Part shown: positions 31,601 through 43,600 of the stretch, one piece after another
Position numbering within the stretch: the first letter of the stretch is position 1
Layout of the letters: each line of letters starts with the position of its first letter
Made by a program: the position numbers and the translations under genes
Assembly: GCA_040954595.2 (NCBI GenBank)
Contig: CM082586.2
Location: 7,719,337-7,783,336, forward strand
DNA: 64,000 nt
Source of the DNA: Balanoglossus misakiensis
Taxonomy: Eukaryota; Animalia; Hemichordata
Direction of reading: 5' to 3'
Notes under the pieces: model-generated
The model's database searches: none
The model's input: the letters and a program-made list of their open reading frames with translations, nothing else
Told to the model about the DNA's origin: nothing

Positions 31601-34600
31601 TAACGTTTTATTTTTCCATTGTTCAATTCAGTCACTGCTGCTTTCAGAAAATGAAATGAAAACTGCAGACCAAATTATTCCGCCAACGAGGTCATCGTTG
31701 GAACCATTCACGCGGTAGGAGAGTAAGAAAAAGATATCTATGGGGTATTCTTTACTAATAGTCATTGGTCATTTTGAGTTTAAACTACGTACCAAAGTGC
31801 GTCATTGCATATCCAGTTAATATATAGCGCTTCTGCATACCGCGTTTGAAACATATAGCGTACAAAAGAGACCAGGTGTGTAAACATAGTTGCATTCAGT
31901 ATACATGAATATCCCATAATTTAGAGAAAGTGGTGCAGTAAAAGTTATACTAGAAATAGCAATAACTTACCATTGCGAACAAATGCTACCGACTTAACAC
32001 ATCGACTATTAGCAATTTCGCCTGCCCAGTTATTCGTGTACACACTTCGCAGCCACAATCCACATGATTGACCAATACCAACGACTCTACCGGCTGCATC
32101 CACGGATATGTCAACGACCACACCGTTACTGTCAACGTTGGTCCATGTTCCTTGTATGCCAGGCCGGGTCCACAGTTTACCTCCCATACCAACGCCGAGC
32201 AGGCCACCAGACGGCAATGGTGATATAGACTTAACACAGCAGCTGCTAGCCACAGGACCACTCCAGGTTCCCTGGACACCAGGGCGTGTCCACAGCTGAT
32301 TACCCATACCAATACCAACCAGTGTGCCATCTGGCATAACGGTGATGTCTTTGACGCAGCAGCTGTTGGCTACAGGCCCTACCCACTGAGCATCTTCGCT
32401 AGACTTTGTCCACAGTTGATTGTTAGTACCAACACCAACAATTGTATCATCTGCCAGGGTGGTCAGGGCTATAACACAACAACTGTTTGGAATTGGTCCT
32501 GTCCACGTACCTTCAACGTCGTCACGTTTCCATATCTGATTGTCTGTTCCAACACCATACACTTTTCCTGTAGAACACAATATACACACATTGTTAACAT
32601 GTATAACTATAACTATATTTTAGATTTTGGCACATTTCCATACACACGCATGAAACTTTGGTTGTTAACTGTACATGTCGTCCACCACGTCAGAAATACA
32701 GAAATCCATCCCTGGCCTTCAAGAGAACATGAATATTTGAATTAACACCAACTGATCCAATAAGAGCATTGATTTCAACACTAATATCCACTCTTTAGAA
32801 TGATTTCAACATTATTTTTCTACCGAGTTAATCAGATGATCACAAGCCATAAAAGAATCACATTGGCCTCAGGGGACAATTGGCTTTTTTCTGGTGGTAG
32901 TTTGCAATACACTTTACGATTGAGTGCATCAGGTCATATGTGGACGTGTGGGAGAATCAGAATACTTCTTCATTTCAGTTCAGACGTCAAAATGCAAAAA
33001 GCTGGTTTACTGCATGCAATGCTAAAACATTTACCTGAAGCGTGGCTATGGTCTGGGCCGTCTGGCTGCTGATTTGACTCCTTTGCTGTAAAGATAATTT
33101 GTGTAAATATGTCTCAATGTGATATGATTTAATTTCCCAGTTTACTGTGGCAGTAGATGGAAGTGATAAAATACCTGGTCTAATATAACGTTTTATTTTT
33201 CCATTGTTCAATTCAGTCACTGCTGCTTTCAGAAAATGAAATGAAAACTGCAGACCAAATTATTCCGCCAACGAGGTCATCGTTGGAACCATTCACGCGG
33301 TAGGAGAGTAAGAAAAAGATATCTATGGGGTATTCTTTACTAATAGTCATTGGTCATTTTGAGTTTAAACTACGTACCAAAGTGCGTCATTGCATATCCA
33401 GTTAATATATAGCGCTTCTGCATACCGCGTTTGAAACATATAGCGTACAAAAGAGACCAGGTGTGTAAACATAGTTGCATTCAGTATACATGAATATCCC
33501 ATAATTTAGAGAAAGTGGTGCAGTAAAAGTTATACTAGAAATAGCAATAACTTACCATTGCGAACAAATGCTACCGACTTAACACATCGACTATTAGCAA
33601 TTTCGCCTGCCCAGTTATTCGTGTACACACTTCGCAGCCACAATCCACATGATTGACCAATACCAACGACTCTACCGGCTGCATCCACGGATATGTCAAC
33701 GACCACACCGTTACTGTCAACGTTGGTCCATGTTCCTTGTATGCCAGGCCGGGTCCACAGTTTACCTCCCATACCAACGCCGAGCAGGCCACCAGACGGC
33801 AATGGTGATATAGACTTAACACAGCAGCTGCTAGCCACAGGACCACTCCAGGTTCCCTGGACACCAGGGCGTGTCCACAGCTGATTACCCATACCAATAC
33901 CAACCAGTGTGCCATCTGGCATAACGGTGATGTCTTTGACGCAGCAGCTGTTGGCTACAGGCCCTACCCACTGAGCATCTTCGCTAGACTTTGTCCACAG
34001 TTGATTGTTAGTACCAACACCAACAATTGTATCATCTGCCAGGGTGGTCAGGGCTATAACACAACAACTGTTTGGAATTGGTCCTGTCCACGTACCTTCA
34101 ACGTCGTCACGTTTCCATATCTGATTGTCTGTTCCAACACCATACACTTTTCCTGTAGAACACAATATACACACATTGTTAATATGTATAACTATAACTA
34201 TAATTTAGATTTTGGCACATTGTCTGATCCAATACCATACAATGTTCCTGTAGAACACAATATACGCACATTGTTATTATGTATAACTATATTTATTTCT
34301 TCGGTACATTTCTTTCTAAACGCATGAAACTTCAACTGTTAACTGTAAATGACGTCAGATATACAGAAATGCAGAAATCCATCCCTGGCCTCCAAGAGAA
34401 CATGAGTATTTGAATTGACACAAACTGATCCAATAAGAACAATGGTTTGAAGACTACCAGTAATATCCACTCTTCAGAACGATTCCTACGTTATAATTTT
34501 AATACCGAGTTAATCAGATGATCACAAGCCATAAAAAGTCATATACGAGTGAAACAATATGAGTCATTGCTAACTAAATCTAGACACAGCTGCCATGATA

Positions 34601-34967
34601 ACCAGAGCACGGATAAGCTTAACGTTGTGTTACTCCAAAAAGTCCAGTGGGTTACCGTACTATAAACATACAGCCCTTTGCAATCGTGAAAAATTTCATG
34701 TTATTGTCGTGAATGCTGAGATACATACCAGACGCTTCAGGTGCTTCTGTAGGTGGTGGTGGAGTTGGTGCTAGGGTCGGTGGCTCTGTTGGAGCAACTG
34801 TTGGTGCAACTGTTGGTGCAACTGTTGGCGCAACTGTTGGTGCAACTGTTGGCACTCGTGTTGTCTTCGGTTTCTCCAAGTTGGCTATGGATTATGTGAA
34901 AATACAAAAAATTATGTAGAATAGCAAGGGGTGTACAGAGTCATATCTGTCTGTCTGTCTGTCCATA

Positions 34968-35000
<33 letters not shown>

Positions 35001-36382
35001 GTCTGTCTGTCTGTCTGCAGGCTAGCTAGCAATTTACAGGCCATATGTGATTGGGAAAAATAATGAACGTGTATAAAAGAGCATACCTAGGTTTCCTGGT
35101 GATACAATCGATGTTACACATTGGCTGTCCGGCAGTTCTTCGCTCCATCTGCCCGTCGAAGCATCATGCACGTACACGCCGCATGAAGTTTGGGATATGC
35201 CAAGGATGGTGCCATCAGGCTGTACGGAGATGTCGGCAGCGCTGAAACCTTTGCTGGTCATGCGGCTCCAGGTGCCGGAAACGCCGTCGCGGATTTTCAA
35301 CGACCCTGCTTCGGCCACCCCGATGATTCGGCCATCTGGCATGACGTCCACCCGGGAAACGCCCAGGCTCCTTCGGACGTCGGTCCAGTCACCGGCGACA
35401 CCGGGGCGGGTCGCCAGTTTGCCAGCAGTGGTCACCCCCAGAATGCTACCGTCGGGCATGACCGCTACATCTTGGACGCAGCAGCTGTTGTCCACCGGTC
35501 CTGTCCACCCGCCAGTGCCAAACCCCGGCTTTGTGTAGAGACTGCCATCGTCGCCAACTCCCAACAGAGACCCATCTTGCATAACAGCAACGCTTGTAAC
35601 ACAGCAACTTTGGTCTCTCACCCATGCACCATCATAGCCTAAATCTCTTCCTACCAGACTCTTGTCAGAAGCGACCCCAATCAACGCCGGACCTAAACAG
35701 ATGGCATATCTCTAGTATTAGATTGAATGAACAGTGGTATAAGACTTTCAGAAACCATTCCGTTCTTTTGCTGTTATAGTGTCTGAGGAGTCATTTTGAA
35801 GACCAAATTTCCCCATCGATGTTTTTTTTAAAATACGAACGTTATTTGCCTATGAATTATTTGAAAATGGGGGGGGGGGGGGGGGGTATTAATTACTTAC
35901 CAACATACTGCGACGCACATATAATAACTTCGGCCTAGTAATAGAAAGATAAGATATGTGTGTACAGAATAACTACAGCTCTGGAAATTTGAATTTAATT
36001 ACTCAATTGTCCATCTGTCTGCAATTATATGTATGTATGTATGTACCGGTATGTACCAGTATGTATGTATGTATGTATGTATGTATGTATGTATGTATGT
36101 ATGTATGTATGTATGTATGTATGTATGTACCGGTATGTATGTATGTATGTATGTATTTATGTATGTATCAATGATATGTCTCTAAAAGCTTATTTAACAT
36201 CGATTTAGTACAGATGTACAGAGAAATACGCACTTTATGTCACATTAAACACGGGAGAAATGTTCACTGTGATTCTAAGCAGTGTCACACAAAATAACCC
36301 CATCATGTATTATCAATCATACAAAAAGTAGACATACCTGACAGAGCAGAAACACCAATAAGATTTTGGAACTCATCGTCAT
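28651..36382 (-). CDS. Secreted multi-domain tectonin/tachylectin-like beta-propeller protein (putative lectin) with five propeller domains
   Basis: Exons: 36382-36338 + 35934-35901 (signal peptide MTMSSKILLVFLLCQAEVIICA), 35692-35087 (divergent propeller), 34884-34729 ((APTV)n linker), propeller exons 34152-33556, 32567-31971, 30982-30386, 29392-28798, separated by 51-nt linker exons 33085-33035, 31500-31450, 29914-29864 (AKESNQQPDGPDHSHASG). Internal introns are phase 1. Each domain has five ~40-aa repeats of the form VGVG.DNQLWTR....G.W.GPV.NSCCV..I.V.PDG. Lectin function is inferred from repeat resemblance. Confidence 0.82.
28808..34480. repeat. Tandem array of ~1585-1590-bp exon+intron units (about 3.5 periods)
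   Basis: Equivalent ORF starts at 29414, 31004, 32589, 34174 (offsets 1590, 1585, 1585); introns are nearly identical between units. Confidence 0.95.
34944..35016. repeat. (TCTG)n/(TCTA)n microsatellite
   Basis: Read directly from the sequence. Confidence 0.9.
36027..36168. repeat. (TATG)n microsatellite
   Basis: Read directly from the sequence. Confidence 0.92.
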
Positions 36383-38489
36383 CGCAGGTAGTCTGGATCA
36401 GTATGGTTCAAACTGCCGCATGTTTGGACTTAAATAGATGGTACATCGGGTCACATGACAGGAAGGTGTCCAATAGCCAGGTTTTTTTAATATTAGCCAC
36501 ACATCGACCCACATTGTTATGCACGGAAATTCAGTACCAATATACGAGACAGAAAAAAAACTAATGAAGCAATTGTGAAACATTCATGAAGGCCATGCAT
36601 GGGCGCATTTTCTGGAGACAGCTGTGTGGGCATACAGTCAAGGTTATAACACCCAATAATGTATTCAAGGCACATGTTTATGGATGGTATAAAAATAAAG
36701 CCTAAAGTTGCAAATAAATGCGATTTCGGATCCATAACTTGTTCACCTTGCTGGTTTGGTTCTGGTGATTTTTATACTTGATATCGCAGATACTTTCAAT
36801 GGGATAGCAAAGTAGATAAAAGGTCGTGCGAACTTAATCCCTTGAATATACTAGGTGCCACGTGCACTTAATTAAACTTTAGATTGTTTTTCAAATTTGA
36901 GAGACATCTGCTGAGTCAATTACACACAATAACCTGTAATTAAGGCATCTAAATACAAGTCCTTGGCGTTGATCGAAGTAAGGTTTCAATTTGTCCAAAT
37001 GGTGGTGACATTAACATACTTGTATTTTGGTCAAAAAATCTTTCCGGAAACCACTGGTCAAGTTACTTTGAAATCTGGTATGCACATTCCTCGACTTCGG
37101 GTAACCTACATGTAAAAAATTTGGTGTTTTTTGTATTCTACACGTAACAGTGTTCAGACGTGTCCTGACAAAGTTATTAACGATTTTCTGCCCGAAATAA
37201 GCAGCATCCCAAAACTTATGTATGTGAGTGTCTCTAACTTTATGAGCTTACCTCCCTATCGATTTAGTGCATATGAGAAATACGCACCTGTTGTTACATA
37301 GTCTTTGTCTGTGGTACACAGCATAAACATTCATTGTGATTTTAACAGAGTTGCACCAAATAAAACCGTGTATTCTTTATCATACAACAAGCATTTTCTT
37401 CAAAATGAAAGGTAAACATATCTCACCAACATTCACGAACACGTTTATGGATGGTATAAAAATACAGCCAAAAGTTGCAAATTAATGAAATTTCGATTTG
37501 CTAAACAACTTGCTGATTTGGTTCTGGTGAATTTTATACTTGATATCGAAGATGCTTCCAATGGGATGGCAAAGTAGATAGCATTGGTGCCATGTGCACT
37601 TAATTAAAGTTTAGATTGTTATTCAAATTTGAGAGACATCTGCTGGGTTAGTTAGGCAAAATAACCTGTTATTGAATGATAAAAGTCCCTAGAGTTGATC
37701 AAACTTGCGTTTCAATTTGTCCAAATGGACACTGGTGACATTAACATATTTGTATTTTGGGGTAATCTTCGTTTTGGGTCAAAAAATCGTTCCGGAAACC
37801 ACTGGTCCAGTTACTTCGAAAGAGTGGTTCGCACGGTGCACCTTACATGTAATAAAGTTGGTTTTTGTTTGTGAGGTTTCGAAAGAACTCAGAGTGTACA
37901 GCCCTGTAAGCTAACACAGGACTGCATAAAGGTCGATGGCAGAAGCAAGTAGTATTTAGAAGATTTCTGAAGGACCATCTGAGAAAATTTCCGAGGTGAG
38001 CAGCAACTCAGTGGAGGCTTCACACAATAGCACAAGAGATATGGTAATTAGCCCACAATGTGTCAACTCTACAAATGAGTACTAGTACCTCATTTATCGT
38101 AATATTCCAATTCCTGTGATGTCTGTGTCGGAGAACAATCAACTGTTATTCAAACTATACAGAGCTTTAAATTGCATCTGTTGGAGACCCCTTTCTGCCA
38201 ATCGGTCGCTTCCTTTTCCTTTACGCAATCATATTGAAATCATCCGCTAAAATGTAACAGGTGGTGTTTACTATTACATTCACATGATGTCGAATTGCAA
38301 GTTTTTGGAATTTTTACCGCTCAATTCGGTATTAGCGGTTGAGTTTTCAACTTTGTCTTTACAGCAATAAAACATGCTCTTTGCATTATACGATTATCCC
38401 GTCGGAGTCAGACTCTTAGCAACCTTGTTTACCTAAATACCACGACAATCTGGTCAGAAGATAGAGGCCATCAGTTGTAGAGCGGTTCA

Positions 38490-38740
38490 AGTGAAACTCA
38501 CACCTGTATTTACAAAACCAAACTTACCTATTGGAGAGTCACATATACCTATACCCAGAAAGACATTTCTTCATGGGAACATTGGGAAGATGGTTAACCT
38601 GCCCAGATTGAAGATAAATAGCAGTATTGATTTCTTATTGGAAACAATGTTGCAGCAGCCTCTGCACCGATAGATGTGAAAACTGGTCCACCAGGAAGTC
38701 CTTACGCCACCCAGACTCCTCTTGGTTGGGACTAGCCTGG
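38490..38740 (+). mobile_element. BEL/Pao LTR-retrotransposon pol fragment (end of the protease region), degenerate
   Basis: Across frameshifts it reads VFTKPNLPIGESHIP..EDISSWEH..IDFLIGNNVAAASAPIDVKTGPPGSPYATQTPLGW, matching the BEL/Pao pattern I.LLIG...P..V..G..G.PYA..T.LGW. Confidence 0.68.
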
Positions 38741-38840
38741 GGTATTAGAAGACTGGAAGGGGACCGAGACGTCCAGCAACTTTGTAATGGCTGACAGACA
38801 TTTGGAAAATCTGTATGAACAAAGTTTAAACTATGACTTT

Positions 38841-38842
<2 letters not shown>

Positions 38843-38912
<70 letters not shown>
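38843..38912. repeat. (GA)n microsatellite
   Basis: Read directly from the sequence. Confidence 0.95.
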
Positions 38913-38914
<2 letters not shown>

Positions 38915-39064
38915 GTAGATGACAAGAAAGAATAGTCGTGGGAAGATGAGTGCTTCAAGAACATTTCCATTGTTTGATTTTCACACGCAACCCTTCTTTT
39001 GTACCTGGTCCTGCACATATTTCGTACTTTGAATACCCCTTGATTCTCTGTTCATTCCATGTGT

Positions 39065-39105
39065 GCATCTGATGAAGGGGACTACATGTCCCCGAAAGCT
39101 CATGC
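39065..39105 (+). ncRNA. Minimal type I hammerhead ribozyme motif (Penelope-like element type)
   Basis: GCAT-CTGATGA-A-GGGGAC-TACAT-GTCCCC-GAAA-GC-TC-ATGC: both conserved core boxes, perfect 6-bp helix II, 4-bp helix I, palindromic AGCT helix III and a CUC cleavage triplet. Confidence 0.78.
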
Positions 39106-39174
39106 TGTAGTTTCAACTCGTTGGTCACAGAGTGCTACATAAGAATGTGGTAGCAGCAGCGGCGGCGGTCAGCA

Positions 39175-40695
39175 AGAACGTACCCGTGAGAATTGAAGGA
39201 TATGTCGAGCATGTCATACCGGCATATTCAGAGAGAGAGTTTCGTTCGCATTGAAGGATGCAGAGAGAAACGTGCGAGGTAAGCTCGATAAAAATAAAAT
39301 AAAAAGGGCAAGGCACAGTCACTGACGGTGAAATTAACATGCTTTGGAACGTGTGCAGCTTTTGTAAAGGAAAGCGACAAATGCTGAAATGAACATGCTA
39401 TTTTTAAATTCGATTGATGTCCATTTCATTTCCCCGGCCCGTGCCCCATTTTGGCAATTGTGAATAACTTACCGGTAAGTGTGGTAGGTGAAACATGACC
39501 CGTTATCCATTCATTTATTTAATGACATGTTAAGTTTTAATTCCCTCACCCACTATATACCGGTATAATACCCAAATCTGATGGTAATTGATGTTTTCTG
39601 TATATTTAAGTGGATTGCAAATGTAACAAATCCTTAAAGGTACATGAGCTGCAACTGGATAAAAAATTAAAGTTTTAAATAATCTCATATATGCTTTTAA
39701 TTATGTCTATTAAATGATATTTCATGATAATATATCAAGATCAACACTTATTTATGACAAAATGGCCAAAAATTAAAGAAAAACGAAAATTCCTGCAATT
39801 TACAAAAAAGTGCAATATTGCAATGAAAAATGAAAATCTGATGTCTCAGTGGTGTACATTTACTTCCATGAGCTCAAGTGGATGAGATCATGTTTTGTTT
39901 ATGAAGTTTTATAACCGGAAATGCCACATTTTCATTGTTTCTTGCATTTTCCCACGGTGGCGGCCATAATCGCTTGCGGCAAAGCTTTATTATTTATCTG
40001 GTTAAAACTTGCATATGCACTCATATTTAGGGTTTATAATGCTTGTGTATAGTTCACTGCCCTCATCTGCATGGACTAATGGTAGTACAGTTTGAAACAA
40101 AAATTATGATAATTATCCCAAAAGTTGCAGCTTATGTGCCTTCCTAAAGTTTTCTATAATCGAAGTTTCCTTACAAGATTGTCTTTATCTTAATTACCGA
40201 CCAGGAGTTATTGCAAAGTATTATTCCACAGATGCGGAGGAGGACGACATGCCCTGAACAAAAATTCTGTCAACATTGTGGCTCTTTGGCAACCAAGAAT
40301 CATTTAGAAGTGTTGCAGACAGGTTTGGCATGGGGAAAAGCAGTCTCCACGATGCTGTGATGGCCGATTTGCTGTGGACTGGGGGGGGGGGGGGGAACGT
40401 CCACACACCATGGTCACTGGATCCCAACGAGAACACTTTGGAAAGAATTGCAGCCAGATATCTTGAGAGGTGTGTGTTTCCGGGTGTTGTTGGCGCAATA
40501 CACAGGACCCACATACAAATAATACCCGCGCCAAGAGACCAGCGTGAATCACACATCAACAGGAAGAGGGGTTCCCATCCACCCTCCTGCAGGCAACCTG
40601 TGATAATGATTTGGCGTTCACTGACATTTACCGGTATACTAGTTGGCCTGGATCAGTTCATGATGCCAGAGTTTTCCGCAATTGTCAGATAAAAC
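39175..40695 (+). pseudogene. PIF/Harbinger DDE transposase, spliced and decayed
   Basis: Exon ~39175-39278 reads VPVRIEGYVEHVIPAYSEREFRSH*RMQRETCE|gtaag. Exon ~40207-40695 reads LWLFGNQESFRSVADRFGMGKSSLH...FPGVVGAIHRTHIQI..P......INRK...LQATCDNDLAFTDI...WPGSVHDARVFRN. The first catalytic Asp is lost and there are stops and frameshifts. Confidence 0.85.
39638..40141. mobile_element. Kolobok-like non-autonomous element nested in the Harbinger intron
   Basis: TTAA|AGGTACATGAGCTGCAACT ... AGTTGCAGCTTATGTGCCT, an imperfect 19-bp TIR; the right TSD is degenerate. Confidence 0.65.
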
Positions 40696-43600
40696 GAATT
40701 CTCTCGGCCGACTTTATTGAGGAAGTCGAGACAGAGAGGAGGAAGACCAAGATGGATAGCAAGTCCCCACATGCATGCCAACGAGGATGATGTTCATTAA
40801 TGTTATATTGTCTATTATGCGGTGAGGGTAGTTAAGATTTAAGATAAGTAAGATTGTAATGGGATTATTTTCATAATTGTTAAATTTAGACCATGTGATG
40901 TCAGTGTCAGTATATGGTATTTTCGATGTATGTGGTATTGTTTCATGTTTATTAATTAAATCCCCAGGGGGAATACCGGTATAATTTGGTAGATTAGGTA
41001 GTTAGATTTGGTTTTTCCGTTTAGTTCACGTTTAGCTGTTGATATGTGACAACACCCATGTCTCACCAGGCTGAGCCTTATAGGAGATAAAGTATCGCCA
41101 GGAAGATCAAGATACTAATAAGATGGGCATGGTTTTGGACCAGTTAGCCGAATAGATTCTAACTACCTGGTATAAGGAAATGGTCTGGAAATCCTTCATC
41201 GAAGATCATGATGAAGTAGAGAAAATACTAACTTCTTCTGAACTGCCCAAGGAGTACCAACGACGTATGAAACACCCATGTCTTTCCAATGGTTTGGAGG
41301 TTCCGAAAACATTCATACTTAAGCCGCCAAACTCACCAGTGGTTACTGTCCATTGGATGATTATATCCATTTTGATATTTTTGGCAGATTTCTTCACCCA
41401 ATCTGGTCACTTGTAGATATCTTGTACACGAGATATTTACCTATTCTGCCAATTTGGAGTGGGTTGATGCTGAGAGACCTGTCCAGATATGACACGTGTA
41501 CACAAAGCTCAACACCCAGAATGCTACATGTACCTGCCATAAACAGAGCATCCAATGCTTTAGTAGAAACCTGGATGAAGATTGTCAAACACCAGATCCT
41601 GACAAGGAACATATCTTCAACCCGGCAGATCTGTGAGAACCATGTTTCGCTCAATTACAGCCAGGTTGCTTGATTCTGGCGTGGTACTGGTTCAAGGAAG
41701 GGCTGAGAAGAAAGAAAACGATGACAACAGCAACATTGATGAAGCAACGTAACAATGGTGCAAGAGAAAAGCAAGCCAGGAAATGGCACCAACAAGGTTG
41801 GGAGGTTCCGGAAAAATCATACTCAAGCCACCAAACTCACCAGTCGTTCCTATCCATTTGACAAATCCATATTGATGAGCAAGATTTCACAAGATCAAAG
41901 AAGCCAGTTTCGGGAAATGTTTGATTCATTTCTGGATGAGGAACCATCAACAGCCATGATGTCTGAGGGATATTTGGCAGAGATAAAGAATCATAAGGTT
42001 TGATGGATATTTAACACAATTGAATAACAGCTGTTAATTTGTGTATAAAATATTGTGAAGATGTTAAATAAAAAAGCTCTTGATTTACTATCAATTGAAA
42101 CTAAATAAAATCAGTTTGTACATCTTATCCCACTCTAAGTTTAGTTGATCAGTGTCAATGTTTTCAAAGTATTATTATTGAATCGATCTTGGATCTGATT
42201 TCTTTTTCATTTCATTTTTCAGTACTACTATAGCAGATGTGGCGATTGATCCTGTAGGTGTATATTTACGTCAGCTGAGGACCACTGGATGGATGTATAA
42301 AGTATTTGGTGATTCTGCTATCATTCTGGCTGACTGCGACCAACTCGGCACCTTGCAGAAAGGATATGCTGTGGTTGAATGGAAAGAATTGATCAGTACC
42401 AATAATGACAGGTGCTATACCTGGTATATTGACATGTGGATGCAAGAAGGAATGTGACAACAAACAGAAGCTTTCTCATCAGGCCCATACAGCTTTCAGT
42501 GACCTTTCTGTATTCCAAACTGAAGTGATTACAAGATACTGCATTCACTGTCGTCAGTTTTCTAATATCATCTGTCAGGCCAGCCATGATGAGAATGGTG
42601 AAGAAGTTGACATACTAAGAGATGAACCATATCTTGCTGCTGTTAAACTTGAAGGCAACATTGCTGTTGTGTATTTCAATAAACATTACAGAACATTATC
42701 CTGCATGACATGCCAATATGGCAGAAGCTCCTGTGTACATGTAGAGCAGTGTCGAATGCATGAAGATGGACCAAGTGAGGGATTTTCAGAGCCACCCTGT
42801 AGTGACTTTATAATCTGTATCATGAAAAAAGATTCCATATCCTCTGACATCTAGTCAACAAGAACTGTCAAATCAGTACTTGAATGGTGAGAAGTCATAT
42901 CCACCATACCTCATTCCAGCACCTGAAAAAGACAGTGGTTGCAGAAATGGATTTCCATGGAGTCAGGCTGATCCTGTAATGAAGGTGTGGATATACCCGG
43001 TATGGCGGGAGGGGACGCAGAGTGTCAGTTTTGAACCTCTCACATACCTGTGGCACTGGTTCAAGGAAGGGCAGAGAAGGAAGAGAAAGATGACAGCAAC
43101 ATTGATGCAGCAACGGAACAAGAGGAAATCAAGTCAGGAAATGGCACCATCAAGGTTGGGAGGTTCCGGAAAAATTCATCCTCAAGCCACCGAACTCACC
43201 AGCTGTTACTATCCATTGGACGATTATATCCATTTTGATATTTCTGGCAGATTTCTTCACCCTATCTGGTCACACACTTATAGAAGCTTGTACACGAGAT
43301 ATTTACCTATACTACCACTTTGGAGTGGGTTGATGCTGGGAGACCTGTCCAGATATTACACACAAAGCTCAACACCCAGAATGCTACATGTACCTGCCAT
43401 AAACAGAGAGTCCAATGCTTTAGTAGAAACCTGGATGAAGATTGTCAAAGACCAGATCTTGATAAGGAACACACATCTTCAACCAGGCAGATTTGTGAGA
43501 ACCATGTTTTGCTCAATTACAGCCCGGTTGCTTGATTCTGGAATGGCACTCCTTCAAGGAAGTTCTCAGAAGAAACTGAAAGAGAACGATGACAACAGCA

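Noticed and set aside
28797-34174. Four independent 205-214-aa genes starting MCILCSTGK
   Set aside because: These starts lie in the intron acceptor (TTCTACAG|GA) and the ends run into GTAAGT donors; they are exons of one gene.
28808-34480. CRISPR-like or prokaryotic repeat system
   Set aside because: The repeats are kb-scale exon/intron duplications in spliceosomal genes; there is no short repeat-spacer array or cas gene in the window.
35956-36174. ORF of (CMYV)n, and the (SL)n ORF at 38635-39018
   Set aside because: These are translations of (TATG)n and (GA)n microsatellites.
38200-38420. Possible LINE endonuclease remnant on the minus strand (DGIIV*, CYILADDFNM)
   Set aside because: Only two short degenerate motifs, too weak to call.
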